From assembly GCA_022801815.1 (NCBI GenBank), contig JAAWTB010000001.1:1-40315 (forward strand): a stretch of 40,315 nt of DNA, written 5' to 3'. The position numbers were made by a program, and so were the translations under genes. The DNA comes from Oscillibacter sp. (GTDB lineage Bacteria > Bacillota > Clostridia > Oscillospirales > Oscillospiraceae). A model generated the notes under the pieces. The model ran no database searches. It saw only the letters and a program-made list of their open reading frames with translations, and had not been told where the DNA came from. This document shows, piece by piece, positions 8,754 through 18,325 of the stretch. Numbering within the stretch: the first letter of the stretch is position 1; each line of letters begins with the position of its first letter.

Positions 8754-11252
8754 TTAGGTGGTCATGCCGGTGTTGTTAATCAGTTTATCCAGCACGCTGT
8801 CGATGGTGGTCATCAGGCGGCAGGCGGCGTTATAGGATTTTGCATACATCATTAGGTTCATGGCCTCGTCGTTGAAGTCCACAGAGGAGACGGAAGCCCG
8901 GTCCGTGTCGATGGAGAGTGCGTTTTCATAATAGGTCTCCAGCATGTCGCCGGTGACCTTCCGGTCCTGGCCCAGGGTGGAGCCGATGTCGTTCCAGAAG
9001 TCGTAGAGGGTGCCCTCGAACATTACGCCTTCTCCGGCGCCCTGGGTGCTCTCCAGGGAATTGGCCTCGAACTTCCAGCCTTTGGAACCTATCAAATACT
9101 CCATGTGGAGCAGGTTGCCGCTCTTGCCGGAGGCGGGCTCCGTCTCGCCCACAGGGCACTCGAAGTCCCGCACCAGGACGGGATTGTCCTTCCACGCCCG
9201 GGAAATGGAGATATTCAGGGCCGTGATGTTGCTGGTGTCGTTGGTATCGCCGTCGTTGCTGAACAGGACGTTTCCGTCGAAGATGCCCCTGGGTGTCAGG
9301 TTCTCTTCCGCAATCGTGGGCTTGCCGTCGGCGTCGTATTTCTGCCCCTTGAGATAGGCGTCCACCATCTCCTTGAAGTTGTCCGGGTCAGCGGTGTGGG
9401 TCAGGCCCGTCGCCTGTTCCAGCTCCGCCTGGATTTCCGGGGCCAGCTTATCCCAGGTGTCTTCTTTGTTCAGCGTGTGCTTCACCGTGCCGCCGCCCGC
9501 CGCCGTCGCGGTGATTTCCACCGGCACGGCGGTATCCTTGCCCTGGTCGTTTTTGCCTGTGGTAATATAGTTTCCATCGGGGTCCACCCGGAAGCCCTGG
9601 TTGGCCTCGTTCATGGCGTTGGCCAGCTGCCGCGCCAGCAGGTCCAGGCACCGCTGATAGTACTGAACGCCCCGCTTTCCGGCGGCGTCCTCGTCCACGT
9701 TGTCAATGGTGCCCACATCGGTGAACTCGCCCTTTTCAGTCAAAAGCTCCCGCCGGGCCTGGAGCTCGCCATAGAGGTCGTTGTCGTCCAGGGACACGGG
9801 CTTGGTGAGAATCTGCTCGTAAACCTGCTTGGTGTAGGTGTACTCCGGCGGGTCCTTCAGCTGGCCGTTTTCGTCGTATACCGGGTTCCGGGTGTAAACC
9901 GTGATGGTTTTGTCCCCCGCCGACGGCGTATCCGCCGTGGTAATGGAAACCTTGTTTTTATGGTTTGTAAAGAGGGCGGCCACCGTCGTGGCGTTTCCAT
10001 CCTGGTCCACGGCGTCGGCGGTTCCGAGAATGGAGCGCAGGGCATAGGACTTGCCCAGGACGTGGAGGTCCCCGTTTTTGTTTTTCAGCTCGGTGATGGT
10101 GAGGTTATAATTGGGGTCATCCACCATTTCGGCCTCGTCCAGGTCCGCGGTGGGCTGGCCCTTCTCATCCAGATAGGGCTTGTAGGCGGGATTGGGTTTC
10201 TTGGCGGCGTTGGCCGCGCCGGTCGGATTGCCCTCCGCGTCCAAATACTGGGAATCCGGGTCTACATTGTCCCAGTTCGGATTCTCTAACAAGGCCGCCT
10301 GCGCCTCGTCCGCCGTGGGATCCCCGTTGGCGTCCACATACGGCCAGGTGTCTTTGTTTTTCGGGTCGTACTTGGCCGCGGGGTTTTCCTTGGGTATCTT
10401 GTCCAGGGTAATCTGGGCGGCAAATACGCCGTCAATCAGGATGGCCTCGTCGGTGGTGACGGAGGCGTCGGGGTTGGCGTCGTCCAGGGTGATGGTCAGC
10501 TTTTCCACCGTCAGCCCGGCGGCAATCTCCTCCTCGCTGTAGGTTACGTTGATGTCAATCAGCCGGGAGAGCTCGTCAATTTTATTGTTCCGGGCGTCCC
10601 GAAGCTCCAGGGCCGGGTCTCCGTGAATCTCGCTTTTGCGAATTTCCTCGTTCAGGGAGCGGATGCCGGTGAGGAGGCTGTTGACCGTGTCGATATCCTG
10701 CTTGAAGTTATGGACGGTCTGCTGGCGGACCTCCTCCAGCTTGTTGGCGTAGCTGTGGAGCTTGGTGATCAGGCTGCTGGCCACGGCCTTCACGGCCCGG
10801 TCGTATTCCTGGTGGCCCGTCTCGCTGGTCACGTTCTTCAGCGCCTCGGCCAGCTTCTCAATCTCCAGTCCCAAAACGCCGAAGCCCTCTTCGTCCTTGC
10901 TGGCGTCGCCCTTGCCCACCTCGTCCAGAATCTGGGCGATGGAGTTCAGGCCGTCCAGCGTGGCGTCCATATAGCCCACCTTGGAGTTCTCCGTCCGGAA
11001 ACGGATATCCAGATAGGGGCTGCGAATCTGGGAGAGGCTTTTGACCAGCGCACCCTGGCCGGTGCGGATGTCGCCCTCGGCGTAATAGCGGTCGCTTCCG
11101 GCGGCGTACAGGCTCACCTGGTCCAGGCGCTGGCGGGTATAGCCTGGGGTGTTGATGTTGGAAATATTATTGCCCGTCACGCTCAGGCCGGTCTGGGCGG
11201 CGTAAATCGCCAGCCGGGCCTGGGTGAAGGAGCCAAAGGTACCAATGCCCAT
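8754..11252 (-). CDS. flgK: Flagellar hook-associated protein 1 (FlgK), enlarged
   Basis: GNNISNINTPGYTRQR at the N-terminus; SSVDFNDEAMNLMMYAKSYNAACRLMTTID at the C-terminus. Confidence 0.95.
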   Translation of the reverse strand: MGIGTFGSFTQARLAIYAAQTGLSVTGNNISNINTPGYTRQRLDQVSLYAAGSDRYYAEGDIRTGQGALVKSLSQIRSPYLDIRFRTENSKVGYMDATLDGLNSIAQILDEVGKGDASKDEEGFGVLGLEIEKLAEALKNVTSETGHQEYDRAVKAVASSLITKLHSYANKLEEVRQQTVHNFKQDIDTVNSLLTGIRSLNEEIRKSEIHGDPALELRDARNNKIDELSRLIDINVTYSEEEIAAGLTVEKLTITLDDANPDASVTTDEAILIDGVFAAQITLDKIPKENPAAKYDPKNKDTWPYVDANGDPTADEAQAALLENPNWDNVDPDSQYLDAEGNPTGAANAAKKPNPAYKPYLDEKGQPTADLDEAEMVDDPNYNLTITELKNKNGDLHVLGKSYALRSILGTADAVDQDGNATTVAALFTNHKNKVSITTADTPSAGDKTITVYTRNPVYDENGQLKDPPEYTYTKQVYEQILTKPVSLDDNDLYGELQARRELLTEKGEFTDVGTIDNVDEDAAGKRGVQYYQRCLDLLARQLANAMNEANQGFRVDPDGNYITTGKNDQGKDTAVPVEITATAAGGGTVKHTLNKEDTWDKLAPEIQAELEQATGLTHTADPDNFKEMVDAYLKGQKYDADGKPTIAEENLTPRGIFDGNVLFSNDGDTNDTSNITALNISISRAWKDNPVLVRDFECPVGETEPASGKSGNLLHMEYLIGSKGWKFEANSLESTQGAGEGVMFEGTLYDFWNDIGSTLGQDRKVTGDMLETYYENALSIDTDRASVSSVDFNDEAMNLMMYAKSYNAACRLMTTIDSVLDKLINNTGMTT

Positions 11253-11282
11253 ATTGAAAAAACTCCTTTTCGTCCTCGCGCG

Positions 11283-11768
11283 TCAGGCGCGGAAATCCGT
11301 CTTCATGGAGGGGGGCGGCGCGCTCTCTGGCGCTTTGCCGTATCCGGGGCCGCTTTCGGCCCCGGCAGGGGGGCCGCCCATTTGCACAATGGCGCTCTCC
11401 ACCTCCCGCAGGGTCTGCTCCAGGAGGGAGCGGGTTTTCCCTGCGGCGTTCCGGTAGGCCTGATAGCGGCGGCCCAAAGCCTCCACAGCCTGCCGGGCCT
11501 CTTCCCGCATGGCGGGGGGGAACCGCTCGGGTACCTGGAACAGGGGGACCCCCGTCAGGCCCAGCTGCGGCAGCAGTTTATCCCGGGTCAGCTCCAGGCC
11601 GCGAAAATTCAGCGCCTGGGCCTGCTCCTGGTTCAAAAGCTCGCTTAGGGCCATCAGGTCGTCCTTCTGGGCGGCGGCCAGCTTTTTCAAATTCAGCTCA
11701 ATCAGGCTCTCCAGCCCCTGATCCATGGAGCGGAGAAAGCCCAGGTAAGAACGGTAAAGCTCATCCAT
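11283..11768 (-). CDS. flgN: Flagellar export chaperone FlgN
   Basis: Helical 161-aa protein between flgM and flgK with a K..A...D...L..L...EQ pattern. Confidence 0.8.
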   Translation of the reverse strand: MDELYRSYLGFLRSMDQGLESLIELNLKKLAAAQKDDLMALSELLNQEQAQALNFRGLELTRDKLLPQLGLTGVPLFQVPERFPPAMREEARQAVEALGRRYQAYRNAAGKTRSLLEQTLREVESAIVQMGGPPAGAESGPGYGKAPESAPPPSMKTDFRA

Positions 11769-11771
11769 GCC

Positions 11772-12080
11772 TTACTCCTCCACCAGCAGCAGCATCCGCC
11801 CCGCGATGGCCATGGGGTCCGGGTGATACTCCCCGGCGGACACCTCCCGGCGCAGCTCCTGAATATCGCCGGTGGTGTTGGCCGTCCGCACCTCCTGGGA
11901 AAGGCGGCTGACCATTTCCATCTGAAAGCTCCTCCGGCCCGCAGGGGCGGAGAAGGCAACGGAGTCATAGTTGTGCCCGGAGAGGGGCTGGGACGGCGTT
12001 CCCCGCTTCTGGGCGGGGTAATAGGTTTTCGTCCGGCCAACGGAAGAGATGGGGCCGGAACCGGCAGAAGTCAGCATCAT
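11772..12080 (-). CDS. flgM: Anti-sigma28 factor FlgM
   Basis: YDSVAFS motif and C-terminal IQELRREVSAGEYHPDPMAIAGRML. Confidence 0.88.
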   Translation of the reverse strand: MMLTSAGSGPISSVGRTKTYYPAQKRGTPSQPLSGHNYDSVAFSAPAGRRSFQMEMVSRLSQEVRTANTTGDIQELRREVSAGEYHPDPMAIAGRMLLLVEE

Positions 12081-12133
12081 AACTCACATCCTTTGCTCAT
12101 GACAACAATTCTCTTCATATCACTTCACTAATC

Positions 12134-12160
12134 ATATCGGCAAAACGACAGGAAAGTTAA
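12134..12160 (-). promoter_or_regulatory. Sigma28 (SigD/FliA) promoter of the flgM operon
   Basis: Minus strand reads TTAA-N15-GCCGATAT, close to the SigD consensus. Confidence 0.8.
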
Positions 12161-12225
12161 GAACGGGAGGGAGAATTTTCTTGATTTCCAGAGAAACGGC
12201 GGGCGGGGGGACGAGTTTTGCCCCT

Positions 12226-12257
12226 AAAAAAACCCCCGCCTCCTCTCGAAGGCGGGG
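12226..12257 (-). terminator. Terminator after cheB
   Basis: Stem CCCCGCCT/AGGCGGGG followed by T7 on the minus strand. Confidence 0.8.
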
Positions 12258-12270
12258 CGTGGAACTGCGC

Positions 12271-13311
12271 TCAATGCAGGGTCTTCAAATGCCGCAGCAG
12301 CACGTTGGCCACGTTCTCGCAGGAGGCCTGTACGCAGACGGCCCCAATGTCGTTGGCCACCATGGGCATGCCGTACACCACGCTGGACTCCTTATCCTGC
12401 CCAATGGTGTAGGCCCCCTTTCTCCGCATTTCCAGGAGGCCTGCGGCACCGTCCTGGCCCATGCCGGTCATGATGATGCCCACCATTTTGCAGCGAACCA
12501 CCTCTGCCATGGAGTGGAACAAAGCGTCCACCGACGGGCGGTGCCCGCTGACCTTCTCCCCCTGGGAACAGGAGACGGTGTACTTATCACCAATGCGCAC
12601 CACCCGGCACTGCAGATCCGCCGGGGCCACCAAAGCCAGCCCCCGGCGAAGCTCGTCGCCGTTTTTCGCCTCCCGGACCTCCATCTTACAGATGCGGTTC
12701 AGCCGGTCGGCGTACATCTGGGTGAAGCCCTTGGGCATGTGCTGGACAATGACCATGGGCGGAATGTCCGCCGGCAGGCGGCGCATGACCTCCAAAGTGG
12801 CCTCCGTGCCTCCTGTAGAGGCCCCCAGTCCCACCAGCACCCGGTCCAGGGCCAAGCCGCCCCCCAGGCTCGGTGTGTCCACCGCTATGGAGGGGCTGCG
12901 CAGCGGGGCGGAGCGGGGCCGGGCCATGGAGGCCACCAGAACCTTCTGAGTCAGGTTGGTGATGAAGACCTCCTTGCTCTCCTGTATGTCGGGCTTGCGG
13001 ACAAAGTCCACCGCGCCGGCGTTCAGCGCGTCAAAAACCTTCAGGTTCAGAGAGGAGCAGAGAATGACCGGCACCGGGTTATTGGGCAGGTACTCCTTCA
13101 AAAAGTCGATGCCGCTCTGTCCGGGCATTTCCACATCCATGGTGACCACGTCCGGCTTCAGGCGGGGTATCTTCTGTTTCGCGTCCAAGGTGTTGATGGC
13201 GTATCCGACAATTTCTATTCTGGGATGCGCCGAGAGGCCCTGGATGATGAGGTTTCGGGCCAGGGCGGAATCATCCACCACCAGCACGCGGATCTTTTTC
13301 CCCAGTTCCAT
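12271..13311 (-). CDS. cheB: Chemotaxis methylesterase CheB
   Basis: Receiver domain (VVDDS, MDVEMP) plus GASTGG, VQHMP, HRPSVD and MTGMGQDGA motifs. Confidence 0.97.
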   Translation of the reverse strand: MELGKKIRVLVVDDSALARNLIIQGLSAHPRIEIVGYAINTLDAKQKIPRLKPDVVTMDVEMPGQSGIDFLKEYLPNNPVPVILCSSLNLKVFDALNAGAVDFVRKPDIQESKEVFITNLTQKVLVASMARPRSAPLRSPSIAVDTPSLGGGLALDRVLVGLGASTGGTEATLEVMRRLPADIPPMVIVQHMPKGFTQMYADRLNRICKMEVREAKNGDELRRGLALVAPADLQCRVVRIGDKYTVSCSQGEKVSGHRPSVDALFHSMAEVVRCKMVGIIMTGMGQDGAAGLLEMRRKGAYTIGQDKESSVVYGMPMVANDIGAVCVQASCENVANVLLRHLKTLH

Positions 13312-13332
13312 TGTGAGGGAACCACCTCCTTG

Positions 13333-14169
13333 TTATTTTTGGAAGGTCGCCGTAGCCAAACGGCGATAGGGCGCGTTCTGGCTCAGGTTTTCCGAGGCGC
13401 TGATCAGCAGATAGCCGCCGGGAACCGTGGCGTCGAAAAAGCGGCGGACCAGGGCGTCCTTGGTGGGCTGATCGAAGTAAATCATCACGTTCCGGCAGAA
13501 GATCACGTCGAACTTCCGGCGGAAGCGAATGGGGTCCATCAGGTTGAAGGTCTGGAAGATTACATTGTCCTTTACGGCGGGAGACACGGTGTGGGTGCCG
13601 TCCCGGTTGGGGGTGAAATACTTCCGCTTCCAGTCCGCCGGAATGGTGTCCGGCAGGTTGTAAGTTCCCCGCCGGGCGCTGGACAGGGCCTGGGCGGAGA
13701 TATCCGTGGCCAGGATGCGGGTGTCCCAGTCCTTGGCCCGGGAGCCCAGGTAGTCGTAGAGGAACATGGTGATGTTATAGGGTTCCTCCCCGCTGGAGCA
13801 GCCCGCGCTCCAGATGGCCAAGGTTTTGTCGCGCTCGTGGCGGCGGACGATTTCCGGGATAATGTTGTTGCAGAAATAGTCCAGATGCTCCTTCTCCCGC
13901 ATGAAGAAGGTGTAATTGGTGGTCAGCTTGTTCAGGACCAGGGTGACCTCGTCGTTCTCCTTTTTGTCCAGGAGGTGGTTGACGAACTCCGCAAAAGTCC
14001 CGTATCCCAGCTTTTTCAGCGCCGGGGAAAGGCGGCTGGTAATGAGCTGCTTCTTCTGGCTCAAATCAATGCCGTAGCTGGACTGGATGAAATTCACCAT
14101 CCGCTTGAAGTCCGCGTCCGAAATCGACATAGGGCCGAAGGCGCCGCCAGTTTTGATCTCCGTATCCAT
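13333..14169 (-). CDS. cheR: Chemotaxis methyltransferase CheR
   Basis: TTNYTFFMRE, WSAGCSSGEEPY, ATDIS and IFCRNVMIYF motifs. Confidence 0.97.
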   Translation of the reverse strand: MDTEIKTGGAFGPMSISDADFKRMVNFIQSSYGIDLSQKKQLITSRLSPALKKLGYGTFAEFVNHLLDKKENDEVTLVLNKLTTNYTFFMREKEHLDYFCNNIIPEIVRRHERDKTLAIWSAGCSSGEEPYNITMFLYDYLGSRAKDWDTRILATDISAQALSSARRGTYNLPDTIPADWKRKYFTPNRDGTHTVSPAVKDNVIFQTFNLMDPIRFRRKFDVIFCRNVMIYFDQPTKDALVRRFFDATVPGGYLLISASENLSQNAPYRRLATATFQK

Positions 14170-14199
14170 ATTATTCGTTCCCCGCTTTGTTATGAAGAA

Positions 14200-14694
14200 T
14201 CAATCGCCGTATCCGCGGGCAATCAGCTGCTCACAGTCCAGCACCAGCATGGTGCCGGACCCGTCGGGCAGGGTGCACATGCCGGAAACCAGCTTCTGCG
14301 CGCTCTGGGAGGGGATGGGGACGATGCTGTCGTTGGGAATGTCCAGCATCAGATCTACGGAGTCCACCTGAATGCCCAGCTGGTTGTTGTTGTAGTCGAT
14401 GACAATCAGGATGCCCTCCTCCGCGGGGAGCTTTCCCAGGCGGAGGCGGATGTCCATAATGGGGATAATCTGGCCCCGCATATTGAAGATGCCCAGGATA
14501 TAATCCGGCATCATGGGCAGATAGGTGGCCGCATAGCTGTTTTGGATCTCCACCACCTGCTCGGCGTCAATGCCGATTTTCAGATCGTCCACCGTGAAAA
14601 TAAGGTGCTTGCGGCTGCCCGCCCCCTCGTCCTCCTGGACGGGGCGGTCCAGCTCGTCTTCCTCCACCTGAAACAGGACGTTTTCTTTACTCAT
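14200..14694 (-). CDS. cheW: Chemotaxis coupling protein CheW
   Basis: LPMMPDYILGIFNMRGQIIPIMD and GIQVDSV motifs. Start moved to MSKENV behind AAGGAGG. Confidence 0.93.
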   Translation of the reverse strand: MSKENVLFQVEEDELDRPVQEDEGAGSRKHLIFTVDDLKIGIDAEQVVEIQNSYAATYLPMMPDYILGIFNMRGQIIPIMDIRLRLGKLPAEEGILIVIDYNNNQLGIQVDSVDLMLDIPNDSIVPIPSQSAQKLVSGMCTLPDGSGTMLVLDCEQLIARGYGD

Positions 14695-14717
14695 TGCGTG
14701 TTTCCCTCCTTTGGCGC

Positions 14718-16799
14718 TCACAGGTTCCGGGCTGCTGCGTAAAGGCCGCCCGCGTCAAGGATGATGCTGATATTTCCGTCTCCCAGAATGCTGCATCCCG
14801 TGATGCCGTAGTTTTTGATGTCGAAATTGTTTACATAGGCGGGCAGGGGCTTCACCACGATCTGCTGCTCGCCCAGAAGCTCGTCGACAAACAGGCAGTA
14901 GGAACAGTCGCCGGACTCCAGCCACATCAGGATGCCGTCCTCGATCTTTTCCGCGCCGCCGGGGAGGTTATAGAAGTCCCGGGCCCGGATGACGGGGTAA
15001 TAGCCGTCCAGCATCTTCACCATCTCTCCGTTGACGGAATCGTGGAGAATGTCCGCCTCGGTGAGCTTGATGCTGGAACGGATATTGTTGATGGGAATGG
15101 TAAAAATCGAGTGCCCCACGGAGACCTCCATGCCATCCATGATGGCCATGGTCAGCGGGATGCGCATGATGGTGGTCATGCCCCGGCCCTGCTCGCTGGT
15201 GATGCTGACGGAGCCGCCCAGGCTCTCCACGCCGCTTTTCACCACGTCCATGCCCACGCCCCGGCCGGAGAACTCCGTCACCTGGGCGTTGGTGGAAAAG
15301 CCGGGAGCCATAAGGAAGTTCAAAATCTCCTTATGCGAGTATTCCACATCCGCAGAGGCGATGCCGTTGCGGATGGCCTTGGCCAGGACGGCCTCGTCGT
15401 TGACTCCCGCGCCGTCGTCGGAAATCTGGATGATGACCTCGCTGCCCGTATCCTGGGCGGAGAGCAGAATCTCGCCCACGGGGTCCTTTCCCGCGTCGAT
15501 GCGGTCCTGGACGTTTTCCTCAATGCCGTGGTCCATGGAGTTGCGGACCATGTGCATGATGGGGTCGCCGATGGAGTCCACGATGGTTTTGTCCACCTCG
15601 GTATTTTCTCCCACCAAGGTGAGCTTTACCTGCTTGTTCAGCTTCTTACACATATCCCGGACGATGCGGTTCATCTTCTGGAAGGTGTTGGATACCGGAA
15701 TCATCCGCAGGGACATGGACACGTCCTGAAGCTCGTCGGTGAGCTTGCGCAGCTGCCGGGCGGACTTGGAAAACGCGTCCAGATGGAGGCCCTTCAAATC
15801 CGGGGAGGCAGTGACCATCGCCTCGGTGATGACAATCTCGCCCACGATGGCGGAAAGCTGGTCCAGCTTGCTGAGCCCGACGCTGATAAGACTCTCTTTC
15901 TGCCCCTGCTGATGCTGCTGAGCGGTGGCCTGGGCAGCCGGAGCGGCGGGGGCCTTCTGCGCGGCGGGAGCGGCCTCCTGGGCCGCCGGGGCGGGCTCCG
16001 CCGCCGGAGGCGGCGCGGGAACATAATTCTGCTCTTCGTAGGAGTGGACGGACCCGGCGGTCATGACAATGGGCACGGCCCGGGCCCGGTCCGCCTCGCT
16101 GCGGAACTGGAGGAGGAACCCGTGCTCAATCACCGTCTCGGACAGGGACGAATCCGACTCCACGCCCGCAGGCTGGTAGGTAAAGTCCGCGTCGGCGCAG
16201 AAGCCCTGGACAGAGGTAACCAGCATGAAGGCCCGGAGATTCTCCATGCCGCAGCCCTCGTCAAAGAAGACCCGGAGCCCGTAGGGGAACTCGGCGCTGC
16301 CCTCCGAGGTCTGGGCGGGCGGCACAGAGGGGGCCGCAGGCGCCGCAGCCGGAGCGGCGGCGGTCTGGGGAGCGGGCTCGGCTGGAATTTCTTCCCCCTT
16401 AATTTTGGCGATTAAACTATTAATATTTCCAAGGAAACTGTCGACATCTTCATTAAGGGGCTGCTCTGCCTCCACTTTCTCCATTTCCTCCCGGAAATAG
16501 TCCACGGAGTGGAGCATCACGTCAAAGAGCGCCGGGCGGTCCTCGTCCTTCACCACGGACATGGTGCCCTCCCGAATGAGGAAGAACATATCCTCAATGC
16601 GGTGAGAAACCCTGGCCAGCGTGTCAAATTCCATCATGGCGGAAGAGCCCTTGATGGTATGCATGATGCGGAAAATCTCATTGACATTGTCCTGAGAGAA
16701 TGTATTTTCCTTTTCCGCGTCCAGAACGATGCTCTCCAGCTGTTCCAGAAGCGTATTGGTTTCGTAGATATACATATCTAAGATATCATTGTTGCTCAC
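14718..16799 (-). CDS. cheA: Chemotaxis histidine kinase CheA
   Basis: Hpt FRIMHTIKGSS; P2 domain flanked by Pro/Ala linkers; HMVRNSMDHGIE, DDGAG and GFST..SGRGVGMDVV motifs; C-terminal CheW-like domain. Confidence 0.97.
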   Translation of the reverse strand: MSNNDILDMYIYETNTLLEQLESIVLDAEKENTFSQDNVNEIFRIMHTIKGSSAMMEFDTLARVSHRIEDMFFLIREGTMSVVKDEDRPALFDVMLHSVDYFREEMEKVEAEQPLNEDVDSFLGNINSLIAKIKGEEIPAEPAPQTAAAPAAAPAAPSVPPAQTSEGSAEFPYGLRVFFDEGCGMENLRAFMLVTSVQGFCADADFTYQPAGVESDSSLSETVIEHGFLLQFRSEADRARAVPIVMTAGSVHSYEEQNYVPAPPPAAEPAPAAQEAAPAAQKAPAAPAAQATAQQHQQGQKESLISVGLSKLDQLSAIVGEIVITEAMVTASPDLKGLHLDAFSKSARQLRKLTDELQDVSMSLRMIPVSNTFQKMNRIVRDMCKKLNKQVKLTLVGENTEVDKTIVDSIGDPIMHMVRNSMDHGIEENVQDRIDAGKDPVGEILLSAQDTGSEVIIQISDDGAGVNDEAVLAKAIRNGIASADVEYSHKEILNFLMAPGFSTNAQVTEFSGRGVGMDVVKSGVESLGGSVSITSEQGRGMTTIMRIPLTMAIMDGMEVSVGHSIFTIPINNIRSSIKLTEADILHDSVNGEMVKMLDGYYPVIRARDFYNLPGGAEKIEDGILMWLESGDCSYCLFVDELLGEQQIVVKPLPAYVNNFDIKNYGITGCSILGDGNISIILDAGGLYAAARNL

Positions 16800-16830
16800 G
16801 AAAACACCACCTTATCAGCCTTTTTCATTA

Positions 16831-16858
16831 CTATCGACCTGTTGCGCTAAAAAAATAA
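16831..16858 (-). promoter_or_regulatory. Probable sigma28 promoter of the cheAWRB operon
   Basis: Minus strand reads TTAT-N16-GTCGATAG, the same architecture as the element upstream of fliD. Confidence 0.55.
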
Positions 16859-16894
16859 GTAGCAGCGGCAAGTTTTTTCTGTGAGGTGTCTTGA

Positions 16895-18325
16895 ATGCCC
16901 GATCTGCTCGGCGCCACCAATCCGGTACCCGGTTATGACAAGACCACAGTCAACCGGAACATCACGGTTTCCCCGGACAACACGCAAATCCAAAACGTCC
17001 CCGATCCCAGCAAGGTCGTCCGCGCCGACGGGCGGACGGAACAGCAGGACAGCAACCTCCAGGGGGACGGCGGAATCCGTTACGACTCCAATTTTCAAAC
17101 CTTCCTCCAGCGCCTGCGGGAAACCCCCGGCCTGGCGGACAGCCTTGCGCGCATTTTCTCCGGACGGGAGGGCATCGTTGTCTCCTCCGGCCTCAGCGCC
17201 GGCATTGCCGAGGAGATGGGCCGCCTGCTGGAGATGCTGCGGATGGACGAGAGCCAGCTCCTGGACTTTCTCCGGGGCCAGTTCAAAACCGGCACCCGTT
17301 TCGGCGGGGCTCTCTTCGCCCTGCTCCGCAGCGCCTATGCCCGGGCCGCCTCCGAGGGGGTGCGCACGGACATCCTGCAATTTTTAAAAGCTTACGTGGA
17401 CTTTGATTCCACCAGCCATATCGAGGGCAACCTCCTCCGGGACCTTCAGTCCATGGCGGACGCCATGCCCGCCAGCTGGGCGGAAAAGCTCCGGGACCTG
17501 ACGGCCCAGCTTCAAAACGGCATTGCCGCCGGGAACCGCCAGGGAAACCTCCAGCTGCTCCAGCGGGAGATTTTTCCCTACATGTCCTCCTATGTGGAGC
17601 GGACCCACGACATGGGCACCCCCCGGGCCCTTTTGACTATGCTGGCGCTGAACGTGGCCCGGTATGAAAACGGCTCTGAGGAAAAGCTGCTGGAGGGTTT
17701 CCACCAGCTCAGCGGCTACGGCACTTTGAAAGGGCAGCTGGGGGGCATCGACGACCAGTCCCTCCTCCTGCTCCTCAAGAACCGGGGCGGCGGAGGCGGG
17801 GGTTCCAGAGCCATCGAGTTTTCCAACCAGCTGGCCTCCGCCGCCGCCCGGGCCTTCCGGGGCGAGGGCAGCGCCGAGGTGCAGCAGGCCTTCCAGAACC
17901 TCCTGGCCGCCATGCTGGTGAACGAGAGCGTCTACATGCCCATCAACCACTATCTCCTCCCCCTGGAGTGGAACGGGCGGATGCTGTTTTCCGAACTGTG
18001 GGTGGACCCCAACGCCGAGGACGAGCAGAACCGGGGTGGCGGGAAGAACACCATGCGCTTCCTCTTCAAGATGGACGTCCAGGGCCTGGGGCTGTTCGAC
18101 GTGATTCTCAGCGCCCAGGGAACCGACGTGGACATCCAGATTGCCTGCCCGGACGCGGCGGTGCCCTTCTCCAAGCAGATTGGAGACGCCGTCTCCCAAA
18201 TTCTGACCCGGAACGACCTCAAGCCCGCCCGGGTAGCCGTCCGGCGGATGGACCGCCCGGTTACCTTGACCGAGGTGTTCCCCAAAATCTTTGAAGGGAA
18301 GAACAGTATCAATGTCAAGATCTGA
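16895..18325 (+). CDS. Hypothetical protein, YlqG-like, with a possible FliK-type C-terminal domain
   Basis: Helical body, then C-terminal SELWVDP..RFLFKMDVQGLGLFDVIL..VDIQI resembling FliK_C. Coupled to a FlhB-C-like gene (ylqG-ylqH style pairing). Confidence 0.55.
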   Translation: MPDLLGATNPVPGYDKTTVNRNITVSPDNTQIQNVPDPSKVVRADGRTEQQDSNLQGDGGIRYDSNFQTFLQRLRETPGLADSLARIFSGREGIVVSSGLSAGIAEEMGRLLEMLRMDESQLLDFLRGQFKTGTRFGGALFALLRSAYARAASEGVRTDILQFLKAYVDFDSTSHIEGNLLRDLQSMADAMPASWAEKLRDLTAQLQNGIAAGNRQGNLQLLQREIFPYMSSYVERTHDMGTPRALLTMLALNVARYENGSEEKLLEGFHQLSGYGTLKGQLGGIDDQSLLLLLKNRGGGGGGSRAIEFSNQLASAAARAFRGEGSAEVQQAFQNLLAAMLVNESVYMPINHYLLPLEWNGRMLFSELWVDPNAEDEQNRGGGKNTMRFLFKMDVQGLGLFDVILSAQGTDVDIQIACPDAAVPFSKQIGDAVSQILTRNDLKPARVAVRRMDRPVTLTEVFPKIFEGKNSINVKI

